Shown: positions 29,616-39,177, numbered from the stretch's first letter. The stretch: DNA of 64,000 bases from an uncultured virus (IMG/VR IMGVR_UViG_2740892251_000001) (IMGVR_UViG_2740892251_000001); one strand, 5' to 3'. Notes: generated from the sequence alone by a model not told the origin. Made by a program: numbers and translations.

Positions 29616-31172
29616 TCAGCGCTTACGCACCAACATGCCGACTATTTCTGGTGGCGAGTGTAATGCCCGGTATCGTGTGGCATCCCAATCGTGATCTTCC
29701 TGCGTCGTATCCACGTCATCAGGGTTCTTTTCGTCTCGAACTAATACAGGGACACGACTTATCCAGCCGCGACAGTAGTCGAAAATGTATAGGGCTGGTT
29801 TTTCCGGCATTCCTGATTCTGACTTCTTGCCTTCGACAACAGCTTCGAGCATGTCTGCAAATATGGAGGCTCCGTTAATCCGAGAGCCAGGCTTCTTATT
29901 CGCGGGTATCCATGTGACTCCTTGATCTTCCATTTTCTGCGCGATGGATAGTTCATTGTCGCCAGTGTTATAAATGGCTCCATCAGCAGGGCCGGGGATA
30001 ACCTCAGAACAAATGTTTGGCATTAGGTGTATCTGACCTTGTTCTTTCATTTCATCAGGCATTTCATCATCAGTTCCTGACAACCACCCATCAATCCATT
30101 TGACGCCTTTAGCGACGTTGGTTGATGACATGTTTAATCCTTTATTCAGCTCATCCGGTGGGCAGCCATACCATTCGCCAATCAGGATTAATGAGCCTGC
30201 TGGCGGGCAAAATATTGAGCCATCTGGCAACGTTGCGTTTGTTCCATCAGTCTGCGCCCACCAAAGGTTAGAAAATGGCTTCGACTCGCCCCAGTCATGA
30301 GAGCGATCAACAGTCCAACTATCAGGTATACTAAATGGCTTGATAACGTGAATGCTCTCATTCCATAGATGGTCAAACCGCCCGCCGCTAGTCACATCCC
30401 ACGAACCCTCAACCCACGCTTTACGCTTGTTCGGGTCTTTGATATTCATCAGTGAGGCAATATAAACTGGGTCGAGATAGGGGTTCTCTTTGAACGAACC
30501 ATGAATAGCCACCCTTGTAAGGGTTATTTCCTCATCCTGCTGAGTCTGCGGATTTGGCACCATCTGAGTATCACGGATAATTGTTCCGCGCGGCGCTGGC
30601 TCAATAAAGCGTTTCTTCACCCATGTATGGCCTATGCCAAACGGGTTGGTAGTGTTGAATGTTTCAAGCGGGATATTTGGCAATAACGAGCCGTCAGGTA
30701 GCGGGTAATCTTGTGGCCTGAACGATGAGCGGCGACAAGAGAACATCGACTCATAGAAGTCTGCGTTAGGTTGCTTTGTCAGCTCATTAAAACCGATAAA
30801 CGGGAATTCTTGACCGTGATAATCCCAATAGTCGTTTTCTTCTTTACCGAACCGAAACAGCAACTCTTCACCTGTGGGCCAGATCCAACGTAATTCCGAT
30901 GCTGACGCGAGAAAGCGAGCACCATCACCGAACAGGCGATACATGCGCTTGGACTGGGTAATAATATCGGCAAGGTTCTTATATTCTGTGTCGAATATGA
31001 CTCCGCGCCAGAACGTGCCGTAACCCAGTCCAACCTTTCGCCGAAAGCGAGCCAACTGTGCGGCTGTTTTACCTGGGCCGCGAGTCCCTTCGAAAAGGAT
31101 CTCATCGCACGGACAACTCAACGAAAGCGACTGAGAACCAGGTAACGGCTTCCAAACTACGTTGTAGCTCAT
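29616..31172 (-). CDS. Terminase large subunit
   Basis: Walker A GTRGPGKT, FIGFNE, TTNPFG, HDWG, HDWDATRY; ATG at 31172. Confidence 0.93.
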   Translation of the reverse strand: MSYNVVWKPLPGSQSLSLSCPCDEILFEGTRGPGKTAAQLARFRRKVGLGYGTFWRGVIFDTEYKNLADIITQSKRMYRLFGDGARFLASASELRWIWPTGEELLFRFGKEENDYWDYHGQEFPFIGFNELTKQPNADFYESMFSCRRSSFRPQDYPLPDGSLLPNIPLETFNTTNPFGIGHTWVKKRFIEPAPRGTIIRDTQMVPNPQTQQDEEITLTRVAIHGSFKENPYLDPVYIASLMNIKDPNKRKAWVEGSWDVTSGGRFDHLWNESIHVIKPFSIPDSWTVDRSHDWGESKPFSNLWWAQTDGTNATLPDGSIFCPPAGSLILIGEWYGCPPDELNKGLNMSSTNVAKGVKWIDGWLSGTDDEMPDEMKEQGQIHLMPNICSEVIPGPADGAIYNTGDNELSIAQKMEDQGVTWIPANKKPGSRINGASIFADMLEAVVEGKKSESGMPEKPALYIFDYCRGWISRVPVLVRDEKNPDDVDTTQEDHDWDATRYRALHSPPEIVGMLVRKR

Positions 31173-31741
31173 TTGCCTAATACCTCGCTTTGCTGTTGCT
31201 GTGCGGCTGCCTCCCATTCGTCAGCGCTGTTACAGGTTGGGACTGGCATAATGTTGTGAGTTACAGAGCCGGATTGCTCAATTTGTTCTTTGAACGCCAG
31301 AACACTGATGTGCTTACCCATTAACTCAAGGTTTTTTACCTTATTCGGCCATTTAATCTTCTTCAGGATATTCTCAATGGTGGTTTCATCGAAGTTGGTA
31401 ATCGATGTATTGATATCAAAACCACTGAGTGTTGTGCGCCACACCTTCGGCCATTCAGAGATGGGTTTAATTCCACCGTCATCATTCAGAATATCTAATA
31501 CATCCATCCGGTCGATTTCGACGAGCCTATTTAAGACATAAGCCGCATTTATGCCAACCAGATCATTGCGTTGAGCTTTCAGTTCGGCGATTCTGTTTTG
31601 GATGTCAAGTTTTGACAATAATTGCGCGGCGATGCGGTTTGCAGTCTTTACGCTGTACCCCGCCCGAATAGCCGCTTGTGTAGCGTTTAAATCGATGAGG
31701 TACTCGCGACAGAACATTTCTTGTTTGTCGGTGAGTGCCAT
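31169..31741 (-). CDS. Terminase small subunit
   Basis: LTDKQEMFCREYLIDLNATQAAIRAGYS. Confidence 0.95.
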   Translation of the reverse strand: MALTDKQEMFCREYLIDLNATQAAIRAGYSVKTANRIAAQLLSKLDIQNRIAELKAQRNDLVGINAAYVLNRLVEIDRMDVLDILNDDGGIKPISEWPKVWRTTLSGFDINTSITNFDETTIENILKKIKWPNKVKNLELMGKHISVLAFKEQIEQSGSVTHNIMPVPTCNSADEWEAAAQQQQSEVLGK

Positions 31742-31763
31742 TTAGTTATCCAAGAGTTTAAAT

Positions 31764-32198
31764 ATGTCTGAGATTAATAAGCGATCTTCAAAGAGTGCAG
31801 GTGATGCTAGCGAATATTATGTAGCTTACATGCTTTCTAGATTGGGCATCAGTGCCGCTCTAACCACTAGTGGTTCAAGTGCGGTGGATATCATTGCTAC
31901 CATTGATGGCTCAAAAAGCATCAGCATACAGGTAAAAGGATCATGGGCACGGTCACAGCCTAGGCAATGGATGGTAGGGAAAAAACGCCCGCACTCCTCC
32001 GATACGCTATTTTACGTTTTTTGTAATGTATCTGAAGATATTATGAACCCTAGAAATCCGGAAGTGTTCATTGTGCCAAGCAAAGATGTAGATGATTTAT
32101 CAAGTTGGCACCATCAGGTTCCACTATTCAAAGTATCTTCTGACAGAGAAGGGCTTTATTCTGATAAATGGACTTTAATTGAAAAGGCACTTCGTTAG
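31764..32198 (+). CDS. PD-(D/E)XK-family nuclease moron
   Basis: G..SEYYV...L...G, VDII, ISIQVK. Confidence 0.7.
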   Translation: MSEINKRSSKSAGDASEYYVAYMLSRLGISAALTTSGSSAVDIIATIDGSKSISIQVKGSWARSQPRQWMVGKKRPHSSDTLFYVFCNVSEDIMNPRNPEVFIVPSKDVDDLSSWHHQVPLFKVSSDREGLYSDKWTLIEKALR

Positions 32199-32287
32199 CA
32201 GGAACCAACTCAATGTGAGGCCTGAACTCATTAACGAATGATAATGGCGGATATGGCCGCTTCATTTGTAAGTCTGAGTTAGCCATA
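32199..32287 (-). pseudogene. N-terminal remnant of a phage putative metallopeptidase gene
   Basis: MANSDLQMKRPYPPLSFVNEFRPHIELVPANEV runs into the 3' end of the nuclease gene. Confidence 0.45.
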
Positions 32288-32447
32288 ACAGAATATTCCG
32301 CTGGTTGGTAAAGTCTCAGCCGCTGATTGGCTGATACCTCGATATGTGAAAACATCTATAAGATTCTGTCAAAGGCACTTCATGAACACCTTTTGCCGAG
32401 TTTTATAAATTCGGTATGATAAAAAACCGCCCAAAGGCGGCGAGGAA

Positions 32448-32666
32448 TCAGTTACTTGATAGCCATTGAATGGCTTTTTCCATCTGTTTTAACGCGTTAG
32501 CTTTTGCTTCTCGCTTTATATCAGCAAGTGTTGTCTCAGGAGTTACCGAGAAACGCAGATAAAAGCTAATGTTTTCCACATTCATATCATTGGTATAAAT
32601 CGTTACTTCTACGCAAACCGCCATATCGTCATTTACAGGGGTAATGCTCCCAAATTCGATGTCCAT
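32448..32666 (-). CDS. Small hypothetical protein
   Basis: 72-aa ORF with AAGGA RBS and downstream terminator 32421..32441. Confidence 0.6.
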   Translation of the reverse strand: MDIEFGSITPVNDDMAVCVEVTIYTNDMNVENISFYLRFSVTPETTLADIKREAKANALKQMEKAIQWLSSN

Positions 32667-32926
32667 TGCTTATCCTTGATAATTCAAACAAATCAGCTTT
32701 TTATACTGAAGAACTTTCAGAGGTAAGTAAAATCATTATCAAGTACCTGACACGTAGAGACATCAAGCCAGCCTGGTATGCCGATTCGATGGCCTCCCAA
32801 TCTGGTTTAGCCATTTACTATTCCTTTTGTCGTTATAAATCTTTGTGAAGCGCCATTGTGGTGACGCTTGGCAGAGTTTTATAAATAGCATCCAATAAAA
32901 AACCGCTCGGAGGCGGCTTGTGATGA

Positions 32927-33220
32927 TTACCTGACGCAGTATCTAATGCTGTACAACACACTTGGTCCGAAGCTCACTATCAGTGATGCGAGGATCCCGC
33001 AGATACTGGAAATGCGAACACCAGAAGCCGTTAAATAGTCAAACAAAGGAGTCCCGAAAATAACGGCGTACTGTAGAGCAGTGAAAGCAAGAATAAGTAC
33101 CAAAAAAAGCAGCGCACTTTTCAGCGTGAAGAATATCCATTCTCTTATCCCGAGTCCGATATACCCATTGCGCCTAAACGCCCCTTTGTAGTCCCTTATG
33201 AACTTTGCCATGCCTTGCAA
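32927..33220 (-). CDS. Small 2-TM membrane protein
   Basis: Two hydrophobic segments; terminator 32897..32917. Confidence 0.55.
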   Translation of the reverse strand: MQGMAKFIRDYKGAFRRNGYIGLGIREWIFFTLKSALLFLVLILAFTALQYAVIFGTPLFDYLTASGVRISSICGILASLIVSFGPSVLYSIRYCVR

Positions 33221-33312
33221 CCTTGAGCTTAAATCGTTCCTTATAATTGCATAGATTGTCTGTTATTGGGTATCTACTGAGAGCCGTTGTGACAGTGCTT
33301 CCCAATTTGCAA

Positions 33313-33573
33313 TCATGTTTTCCTCCCAACGTTCTGCCGCCAGTCGATAACCTCATCAAGCCGACCTTTGCAGATTCGTAGTTCCCGCTTTAACTCCATC
33401 GCGTACAATCCGCCATCTCCCCAGGTAATACCGGTAAATTCTGGAACCTCACAAGGGGTAAGTGCTGACTCTGGGGGCAATAATAAAACGGGTTCGGTAA
33501 CAAGCGGTTTAACGGGCTTATTCGCGCATGACGTTAATGGCATCATCAGGCATAGGCTTGATAGCACAATCAT
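33313..33573 (-). CDS. o-spanin (Rz1-like lipoprotein)
   Basis: Lipobox LTSC, Pro-rich, overlaps the i-spanin gene. Confidence 0.85.
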   Translation of the reverse strand: MIVLSSLCLMMPLTSCANKPVKPLVTEPVLLLPPESALTPCEVPEFTGITWGDGGLYAMELKRELRICKGRLDEVIDWRQNVGRKT

Positions 33574-33850
33574 CACTCGCCGCTGCTGCTTTAAACCGTG
33601 CAACCTGTAATTCACTTTCATTGCGTAGTTTCCTTTCGTTCTCTAGCTGGCGGGTTGTGGCTACACGGTTGGCGGCGTCATTCACCTGGTATGCATCAAT
33701 GATATTTCCCAGTGCCGTGTTTGTGGCTTGCTCGGCCACCAGCTCCGCTTCCGTTTTTTCGACCTGATTTGAGAGGCGGTAACTGTTAAAGAACAGGGCC
33801 GACACAACCACCACCAGCACTGCAATGACTAATCCAATGGCCTTATTCAT
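33518..33850 (-). CDS. i-spanin (Rz-like)
   Basis: N-terminal TM, coiled coil, C-terminal DCA..PMP. Confidence 0.85.
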   Translation of the reverse strand: MNKAIGLVIAVLVVVVSALFFNSYRLSNQVEKTEAELVAEQATNTALGNIIDAYQVNDAANRVATTRQLENERKLRNESELQVARFKAAAASDDCAIKPMPDDAINVMRE

Positions 33851-34376
33851 CCAGCCCCCAACAGGTCAGTTCGCTCTCCTGTGCGCGGCGTTCTATCTGC
33901 CCGTAACAGTTATTTGAGCGAATATTGCAATCCTTGCCGCCGTCATATACCCAGAGTTTGATCTCAGCGCATGCACCTTTACGGTCGCCAGCGTTGAGTT
34001 TTTTATAGAACGTGGAGGTGAAACATTTACTTGGGCCGATGTTATAGGGGCAAAACGACGCGATACCGGCCATCTGTGGTTCAGTCAGCGCTACCCGGAC
34101 ATTCTTCTTTACCCAGCTTATGGCCTTGTCAGCCTCCAGCTTATTTACCGCAGCGCATTTCTCCACTGACAGCTTCATTCCTTTCACTACCGGTTTACCA
34201 TCGACTTGAGTCGCACCACGGCAAATAGTCCAAATCCCCTTTCCATCTGGATAAGCTACCAGCCGGTTACCCTCTTTCTCATCCAAAAGCTGATCAAAAA
34301 TCATGGTGGCCGGTGCTGCAACCATAATCAGAGCCAGGACAGCCGCGCTTAATTTGCTTTTTGTCGAGGCCATCAC
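33843..34376 (-). CDS. SAR endolysin (T4-type lysozyme)
   Basis: SAR hydrophobic N-terminus; EG..LVAYPDGKGIWTICRG catalytic triad. Confidence 0.95.
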   Translation of the reverse strand: MMASTKSKLSAAVLALIMVAAPATMIFDQLLDEKEGNRLVAYPDGKGIWTICRGATQVDGKPVVKGMKLSVEKCAAVNKLEADKAISWVKKNVRVALTEPQMAGIASFCPYNIGPSKCFTSTFYKKLNAGDRKGACAEIKLWVYDGGKDCNIRSNNCYGQIERRAQESELTCWGLDE

Positions 34377-34588
34377 TCACCATCCGGTTTATAGCCGTGG
34401 CGACGATCCCAAATCTTGATGCCAGCATTAAGCATGAATGTCAGGGCCATAAAGAATAACGAACCAAGCACACCAATCACCGTCCACTCATCAGGGGTGA
34501 ATCCGGCGATCAGCTCTTTAGCCCAAAAAATAAAACTACCACCCGACGCCAGGTAGGAAGCATTAGAAGCGATATTGCTCATTTTCAT
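34373..34588 (-). CDS. Holin (pinholin-type, dual start MKM)
   Basis: 71 aa, two TMs, basic C-terminus, upstream of the endolysin. Confidence 0.85.
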   Translation of the reverse strand: MKMSNIASNASYLASGGSFIFWAKELIAGFTPDEWTVIGVLGSLFFMALTFMLNAGIKIWDRRHGYKPDGE

Positions 34589-34657
34589 GATCTCCCCCTC
34601 CCGGTCAGCGGGTTGGGCGCGTAGTAGGAATAAAAAAAACCACCAGTTTGGGCAGCT

Positions 34658-35389
34658 CTATTCGGTTTTCCCTCCCGGCTTTGGATATGGGAGGGGTTTA
34701 AACAGCTTTGTATTGAGCCGCTTTCTAGCTCGTTTATTCAGAAACTTGATATAGCGGAGCTGCGTAAATTTATGTGCTGTCGCCCGGTGAATATTGGCCT
34801 GCAGATGTAAACCACGCGCACCCGCTTTGCTGGGCTTAGTAGTTAAAGCAATCTTGTGGTACCACTCGCCATCTAATTCATAAAACGTGCTTTGATGGCT
34901 ACCCACATAATCAAAATTGCTAGCCTGGTACACCACACCGAAACGCCCGCACCGCTCATCAGCGAACGTCTGCACCCACTCAACACCGGGATGAAGCAAT
35001 TTGATGGTTTTGAGCGCGTAACTGATCGCCCGCGATTCGGTATTCGTCAGCATGTCGTCATGCACCCACAGGCGGTTTAGTTCCATGTATTGCCGGTTAC
35101 CGGTTCCCTCTACCACCCGCCCACCACTACTGGGATTCATTGCATAACCCCATTGCATGACACCAACCAGATCGCGACCGGAGAAAATACCCAGGTGCAG
35201 ATATGAGTTGTTTACTATGCGTTTGCTGTAATGAAAGTTGATGATAACCAGACGGGCCAACCAGACAGGGATTGTAGCGACATGCAGATCCGAACATCCG
35301 TACCCTACCGTTACACCGTCATAAATCACCGGTTCAGGCTTACCCACGGCGCGGGATGCATTTTTGTAACTTAACTTTTTCATGGTCAT
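34658..35389 (-). CDS. mom: Mom-family adenine-modifying enzyme
   Basis: [55 protein letters not shown] as in Mu Mom. Confidence 0.88.
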   Translation of the reverse strand: MTMKKLSYKNASRAVGKPEPVIYDGVTVGYGCSDLHVATIPVWLARLVIINFHYSKRIVNNSYLHLGIFSGRDLVGVMQWGYAMNPSSGGRVVEGTGNRQYMELNRLWVHDDMLTNTESRAISYALKTIKLLHPGVEWVQTFADERCGRFGVVYQASNFDYVGSHQSTFYELDGEWYHKIALTTKPSKAGARGLHLQANIHRATAHKFTQLRYIKFLNKRARKRLNTKLFKPLPYPKPGGKTE

Positions 35390-35567
35390 ATATACAGTAT
35401 TCCGTTAGGATACCACCGCTGACGTTAGCAGGGTGGGCCTTGGTTATACTCATGACCGGAAACATGGGTGTAATGGCCCTGATATGCTGATACATACCGG
35501 GGTCGCCCATTTCTAACGAGTGATAAATGATAGCCGCTTGACTCAAAAGGTCAGGCGTTTTTTTTGT

Positions 35568-35611
35568 TGAGGGCGTGGGTCAGAATCAAACCGACGTCAT
35601 TAGCTTGAAAG
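35568..35611 (-). pseudogene. Degenerate 3' half of a tRNA (Gly-like)
   Basis: Minus strand CTTTCAAGCTAATGAC-GTCGG-TTTGATT-CTGAC-CCACGCCCTCA; T-arm recognisable, 5' half absent. Confidence 0.5.
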
Positions 35612-35684
35612 AATTAGGTCAGGCTGCATAAACGGCAAAACTCCGCACGGAGGCGAAGTTTTCTGGATTGTGTAAGCTACATGA

Positions 35685-35735
35685 CTAAGTAACCACTCTT
35701 ATCACAATACAAACATTTTTGCGTACGCGTTAGTT
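35685..35735 (-). promoter_or_regulatory. Putative late promoter pR'/qut
   Basis: CTAACGCGTACGCAAAAA...TATTGTGATAAGAGTGGTTAC, a pattern I recall downstream of Q in lambdoid phages; upstream of mom and lysis genes. Confidence 0.5.
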
Positions 35736-35797
35736 CTTTCTTATATTACTATTCTATACATAGCTGAATACCTTCGGATTATGAAAAAGGAAGTTCC

Positions 35798-36859
35798 ATG
35801 GATAACTTGATTTATCAAAAATTTAGTAATTTCGATCATAACGATACTTTTTTTGATTCTTTAAAAGCTGACTACAAAGAGTTTCCTTCTTGGCTGGTAA
35901 AAAAAGCTGATAACGGCGAATCCGCCTATGTTTTATATGGTGACAATAGCGAAATTGAAGGCTTCATGTATTTGAAGGAAATGGATGATGGCGAAGGTAT
36001 CACTCCTCTTTTACCTGCAGGTAATCATCTTAAGATAGGTACATTTAAGTTTGAATCTAAAAAAACACTAAGAGGTCAAAGATTTCTTAAAAAAGCATTT
36101 GATAGAGCCATTAGTTCAGGTTCACAAGATATATATGTTACCGTTTTTGAAAAACATGGACATCTCATTAGATTATTTCAAACCTATGGGTTCTATAAAC
36201 ATGGTGAGAAAGAAACACCAAATGGCAAAGAATTTGTTTATGTCCGATCGCTAAATGAAGTAAATGGTGATGTATTATTAGATTACCCATTAGTATTAAA
36301 TAAAAATGCAAAGAGATTTTTGTTATCTATTTATCCTGAATTTCATACAAGGCTATTTCCAGATTCAAAACTTGTCACTGACTCACCGGATATAGTGCAA
36401 GATGTATCTCATACCAACAGTATCCATAAAATATATATTTGTGGTATGCATACAGTTTCAAGAATGCAAAGGGGGGACATTATAGTTATATACAGAACCG
36501 GCGACCAGAAAGGTGCCGCATTCTATAGAGCCGTAGCTAGTTCAATCTGTGTGGTTGAAAATATTAGAAAAATTGACGATTTTAAAGACGAAGAAAGTTT
36601 TGTCAGCTACTGCGGCAAATTTAGCGTATTCAACGAAGATGAATTAAGAGGGTTTTATAGAAGCAGAAAATACCCTTATGTTTTGCGCTTCACGTATAAC
36701 CTAGCTTTGCCTAAAAGGCCAACTCGTGGTAAGCTGATTGAAGAAGTTGGACTAAATGGAACTAAAGGTTTTAGATGGAGTCACTTCGAATTAACAGAAA
36801 ATCAGTTCAACAAAATTCTTGAATTAGGCCAAGTCGATGAAAGTTTTATTATCAATTAA
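35798..36859 (+). CDS. GNAT acetyltransferase fused to a PUA/EVE-like domain
   Basis: LKIGTFK...RGQRFL...YVTVF...LIRLFQTYGF (GNAT); KIYIC...RGDIIVIYRT...SSICVVE (PUA-like). Confidence 0.75.
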   Translation: MDNLIYQKFSNFDHNDTFFDSLKADYKEFPSWLVKKADNGESAYVLYGDNSEIEGFMYLKEMDDGEGITPLLPAGNHLKIGTFKFESKKTLRGQRFLKKAFDRAISSGSQDIYVTVFEKHGHLIRLFQTYGFYKHGEKETPNGKEFVYVRSLNEVNGDVLLDYPLVLNKNAKRFLLSIYPEFHTRLFPDSKLVTDSPDIVQDVSHTNSIHKIYICGMHTVSRMQRGDIIVIYRTGDQKGAAFYRAVASSICVVENIRKIDDFKDEESFVSYCGKFSVFNEDELRGFYRSRKYPYVLRFTYNLALPKRPTRGKLIEEVGLNGTKGFRWSHFELTENQFNKILELGQVDESFIIN

Positions 36860-37214
36860 ACCTGAGTATGCAGAAAAAATATTAGATGGCAGCAAGCGAT
36901 TTGAATTTAGAAAAGGCATATTCAAGAATGAAAATATTACAACAGTTGTAATCTATGCAACAATGCCGGTAGGGAAAATAGTTGGTGAGTTTTATGTTGA
37001 ATCAATATTAACCGGACATCCAGATAAAGTATGGCTTGAAACAAAACGATTTGCAGGTATAACAAAAGAATTCTTTGATATATATTACCATGGCAGAGAT
37101 AAAGCATTTGCTATAAAAATAGGATCAGTAAAAAAATTTGAAAAACCTCTTCCGATATCTTCTCTTGGAAGCAATATATCCCCCCCACAATCTTATCGTT
37201 ATTTATCTGTTTGA
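36837..37214 (+). CDS. ASCH-domain protein
   Basis: LLSIKPEYAEKILDGSKRFEFRK, IYATMPVGKIVGEF, PPQSYRY. Confidence 0.9.
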   Translation: MKVLLSIKPEYAEKILDGSKRFEFRKGIFKNENITTVVIYATMPVGKIVGEFYVESILTGHPDKVWLETKRFAGITKEFFDIYYHGRDKAFAIKIGSVKKFEKPLPISSLGSNISPPQSYRYLSV

Positions 37215-37246
37215 TGAAGCCCGGCGACCAGCCGGGCCATAATGTA

Positions 37247-37642
37247 TTACTTATTATTTAACATCGCCAAACACCCGTCAATAAACCCCTGAGCCGTCTG
37301 CATTTCTTTCCTGATTGTCCCATCCGAGCATTTACGCCTTTTAGCTATCATGCGTAGTGAAACACCAAACACATAGTGCAAAATCACCAGTTCATACTCT
37401 TCCGGTTTATACTTTTTCAGCCGTGCCACACAGCCATCAATCATAATGCCATCATCATCACAACACTGAGGCCGTGATTTATTGGTGTTCGGTAAGAGGC
37501 TTTTAAACCCAGCAGCAATAGGCTGCCAATCTACCTGGCTGTTATCACTGGCGACCCAAGCTCCCCAAAGCTCTAAAAGATAATGAATATCTAGTGTTGG
37601 CTTTTGATGTTGCTGCATTGAGTTGTTTTTCACTTGGTTCAT
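37247..37642 (-). CDS. Late antiterminator Q
   Basis: LELWGAW, AAGFK.LLP, CCDDDG, RKCSDGTIRK...GFIDG. Confidence 0.92.
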   Translation of the reverse strand: MNQVKNNSMQQHQKPTLDIHYLLELWGAWVASDNSQVDWQPIAAGFKSLLPNTNKSRPQCCDDDGIMIDGCVARLKKYKPEEYELVILHYVFGVSLRMIAKRRKCSDGTIRKEMQTAQGFIDGCLAMLNNK

Positions 37643-37923
37643 ATCTTGCCTTCCTTTCTCAATGCCGCCTGTGTGCGCATAACGCCCTCGGCGTGATATA
37701 GACGTGCCGTGTCACCATCAATTAAACGGGTGCGGCGGTCGCATTCGTCATGGCATGCACTACAGCCCCATGCGGCCTGCTCATCTGAGGGTTTAATTCC
37801 GGTACCGCAGGTTCCTGCCAGCCGATAATGCGTAAGTACCACGGTTTCAGGGTTGCCATTGCATACACCCGGAATACGGATCTGACACTCACGGCCCCTA
37901 GCCTCTTTGCGTAAATTAGCCAT
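37639..37923 (-). CDS. DUF1364/YbcO-family nuclease-like protein
   Basis: LRKEARGRECQIRIPGVCN...CSACHD. Confidence 0.85.
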   Translation of the reverse strand: MANLRKEARGRECQIRIPGVCNGNPETVVLTHYRLAGTCGTGIKPSDEQAAWGCSACHDECDRRTRLIDGDTARLYHAEGVMRTQAALRKEGKI

Positions 37924-37931
37924 GACACCCC

Positions 37932-38525
37932 CTAAGCCGCGTAGCTCATTAATTGACTGGCAGCGTTCTCCGCCTCGGATGGATGACTGAATGATTTACT
38001 GAGAATGAAAGTCCAGAGCACATTCAGTGTTGATTTGTATAAATCGTTGAATTCCAGCTCGTCCATTTTTGCGAATGAAATAGACCGAGGTTCGCGCAGC
38101 GTTGAGCCGTCCGGTAATTCGAACAGATCATAATGGCCAGCCTCAACGGTCACCCAACGGCGAAAAGCATGGAATGATTTTGCGGTAGATAAGTTTGCGG
38201 CACGTTTACCGGCCACCAGCGCCAGATAATCATCGGCTATCTCATAAAGTACGCCCTCATTCCCCACATGGGAAATAAGTTGGCTTACATAACCACGCAG
38301 AAATTTAAGTTCAAATGGTGATATTGCCCCGCCCTTTGGCTCCCAATATTCAAAGCCAAGGTTGAGCAACGAGAAGAATTTACGATGAAACGGCGCATTA
38401 CGCACACGTTTAAATTCGCCAGTGACAATAGTCCCCAGCTTGGTATTTTTAACGAAATCCTCAGCATCCGGCGTAGCCGGTACCAAGATCCCACCTATTG
38501 ATTTGGTAAAACTATACTGTGCCAT
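37932..38525 (-). CDS. DUF1367-family protein
   Basis: RNAPFHRKFF, FRRWVTVEAG, SISFAKMD..EF. Confidence 0.85.
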   Translation of the reverse strand: MAQYSFTKSIGGILVPATPDAEDFVKNTKLGTIVTGEFKRVRNAPFHRKFFSLLNLGFEYWEPKGGAISPFELKFLRGYVSQLISHVGNEGVLYEIADDYLALVAGKRAANLSTAKSFHAFRRWVTVEAGHYDLFELPDGSTLREPRSISFAKMDELEFNDLYKSTLNVLWTFILSKSFSHPSEAENAASQLMSYAA

Positions 38526-38634
38526 TTCCGCCCCCGGATGTATGGCACAGCAGCACGATATTTAGGTTATCGGGTGTTCAATCCGATAAAACGAGTATAC
38601 CATCTCCAAATATATTTGAGTTAAAATTCACATC

Positions 38635-39123
38635 CTAATCATTCTTTTTTCTAGCTAGATTTATTCGGTGAGAGTGGACTTCATCTGTATAAGAATTTCT
38701 AAATGCAATACTACCTAATAAAACTTTTCCTGATGCTTTATTTTTTAATAATAAAACAGCAACTGAAGCAACATCGGCATCTACAGTCTGGCAATTTATA
38801 GATGCAAACCCCTCCCAGTAACTACCAGATATTTTATAATCGAGAGTCATTTCTTTGTTTTTTGCTGTTGTAGTGATTACCATTTTTCCAAATAGCCTAT
38901 GTGCTTTTTGTTCTATATATATATCTACTTTTGTATGTACTTTTTCTTCATTAATAGTCTCGGTTTCTTCTGTGCTCCATATGCCAGATATTATTGCCCC
39001 CTTATATGTATACTCAGCATAAAATGGTAAAAAAATCTGAGTAATAAAAACTTTCAGTAAATACAACAGGGCAGCAGTAACGACGCCAGACACTGTACCA
39101 GTAATAATTTCAAACAATTGCAA
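38635..39123 (-). CDS. AT-rich moron: N-terminal TM plus beta-barrel (Cap15/S-2TMbeta-like)
   Basis: Hydrophobic N-terminus, ISGIW, I.Q....G, then about 8 beta-strands. Confidence 0.55.
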   Translation of the reverse strand: MQLFEIITGTVSGVVTAALLYLLKVFITQIFLPFYAEYTYKGAIISGIWSTEETETINEEKVHTKVDIYIEQKAHRLFGKMVITTTAKNKEMTLDYKISGSYWEGFASINCQTVDADVASVAVLLLKNKASGKVLLGSIAFRNSYTDEVHSHRINLARKKND

Positions 39124-39177
39124 ATCCTTATGGTTAGAAAGTAACGATACAAATAACCTTATACTTTACAAATGATA

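Noticed and set aside
6764..31541. Many antisense ORFs over structural genes (e.g. 6764..7276, 11113..11592, 28154..28822)
   Set aside because: Shadow frames of well-supported genes, with no motifs or RBS
35382..35397. LexA box over the mom start (ATGGTCATATATACAG)
   Set aside because: One half-site lacks the invariant CTG
37219..37237. Hairpin with a GACCA loop as an sRNA target
   Set aside because: It lies between convergent 3' ends with no associated RBS site; more simply a terminator stem
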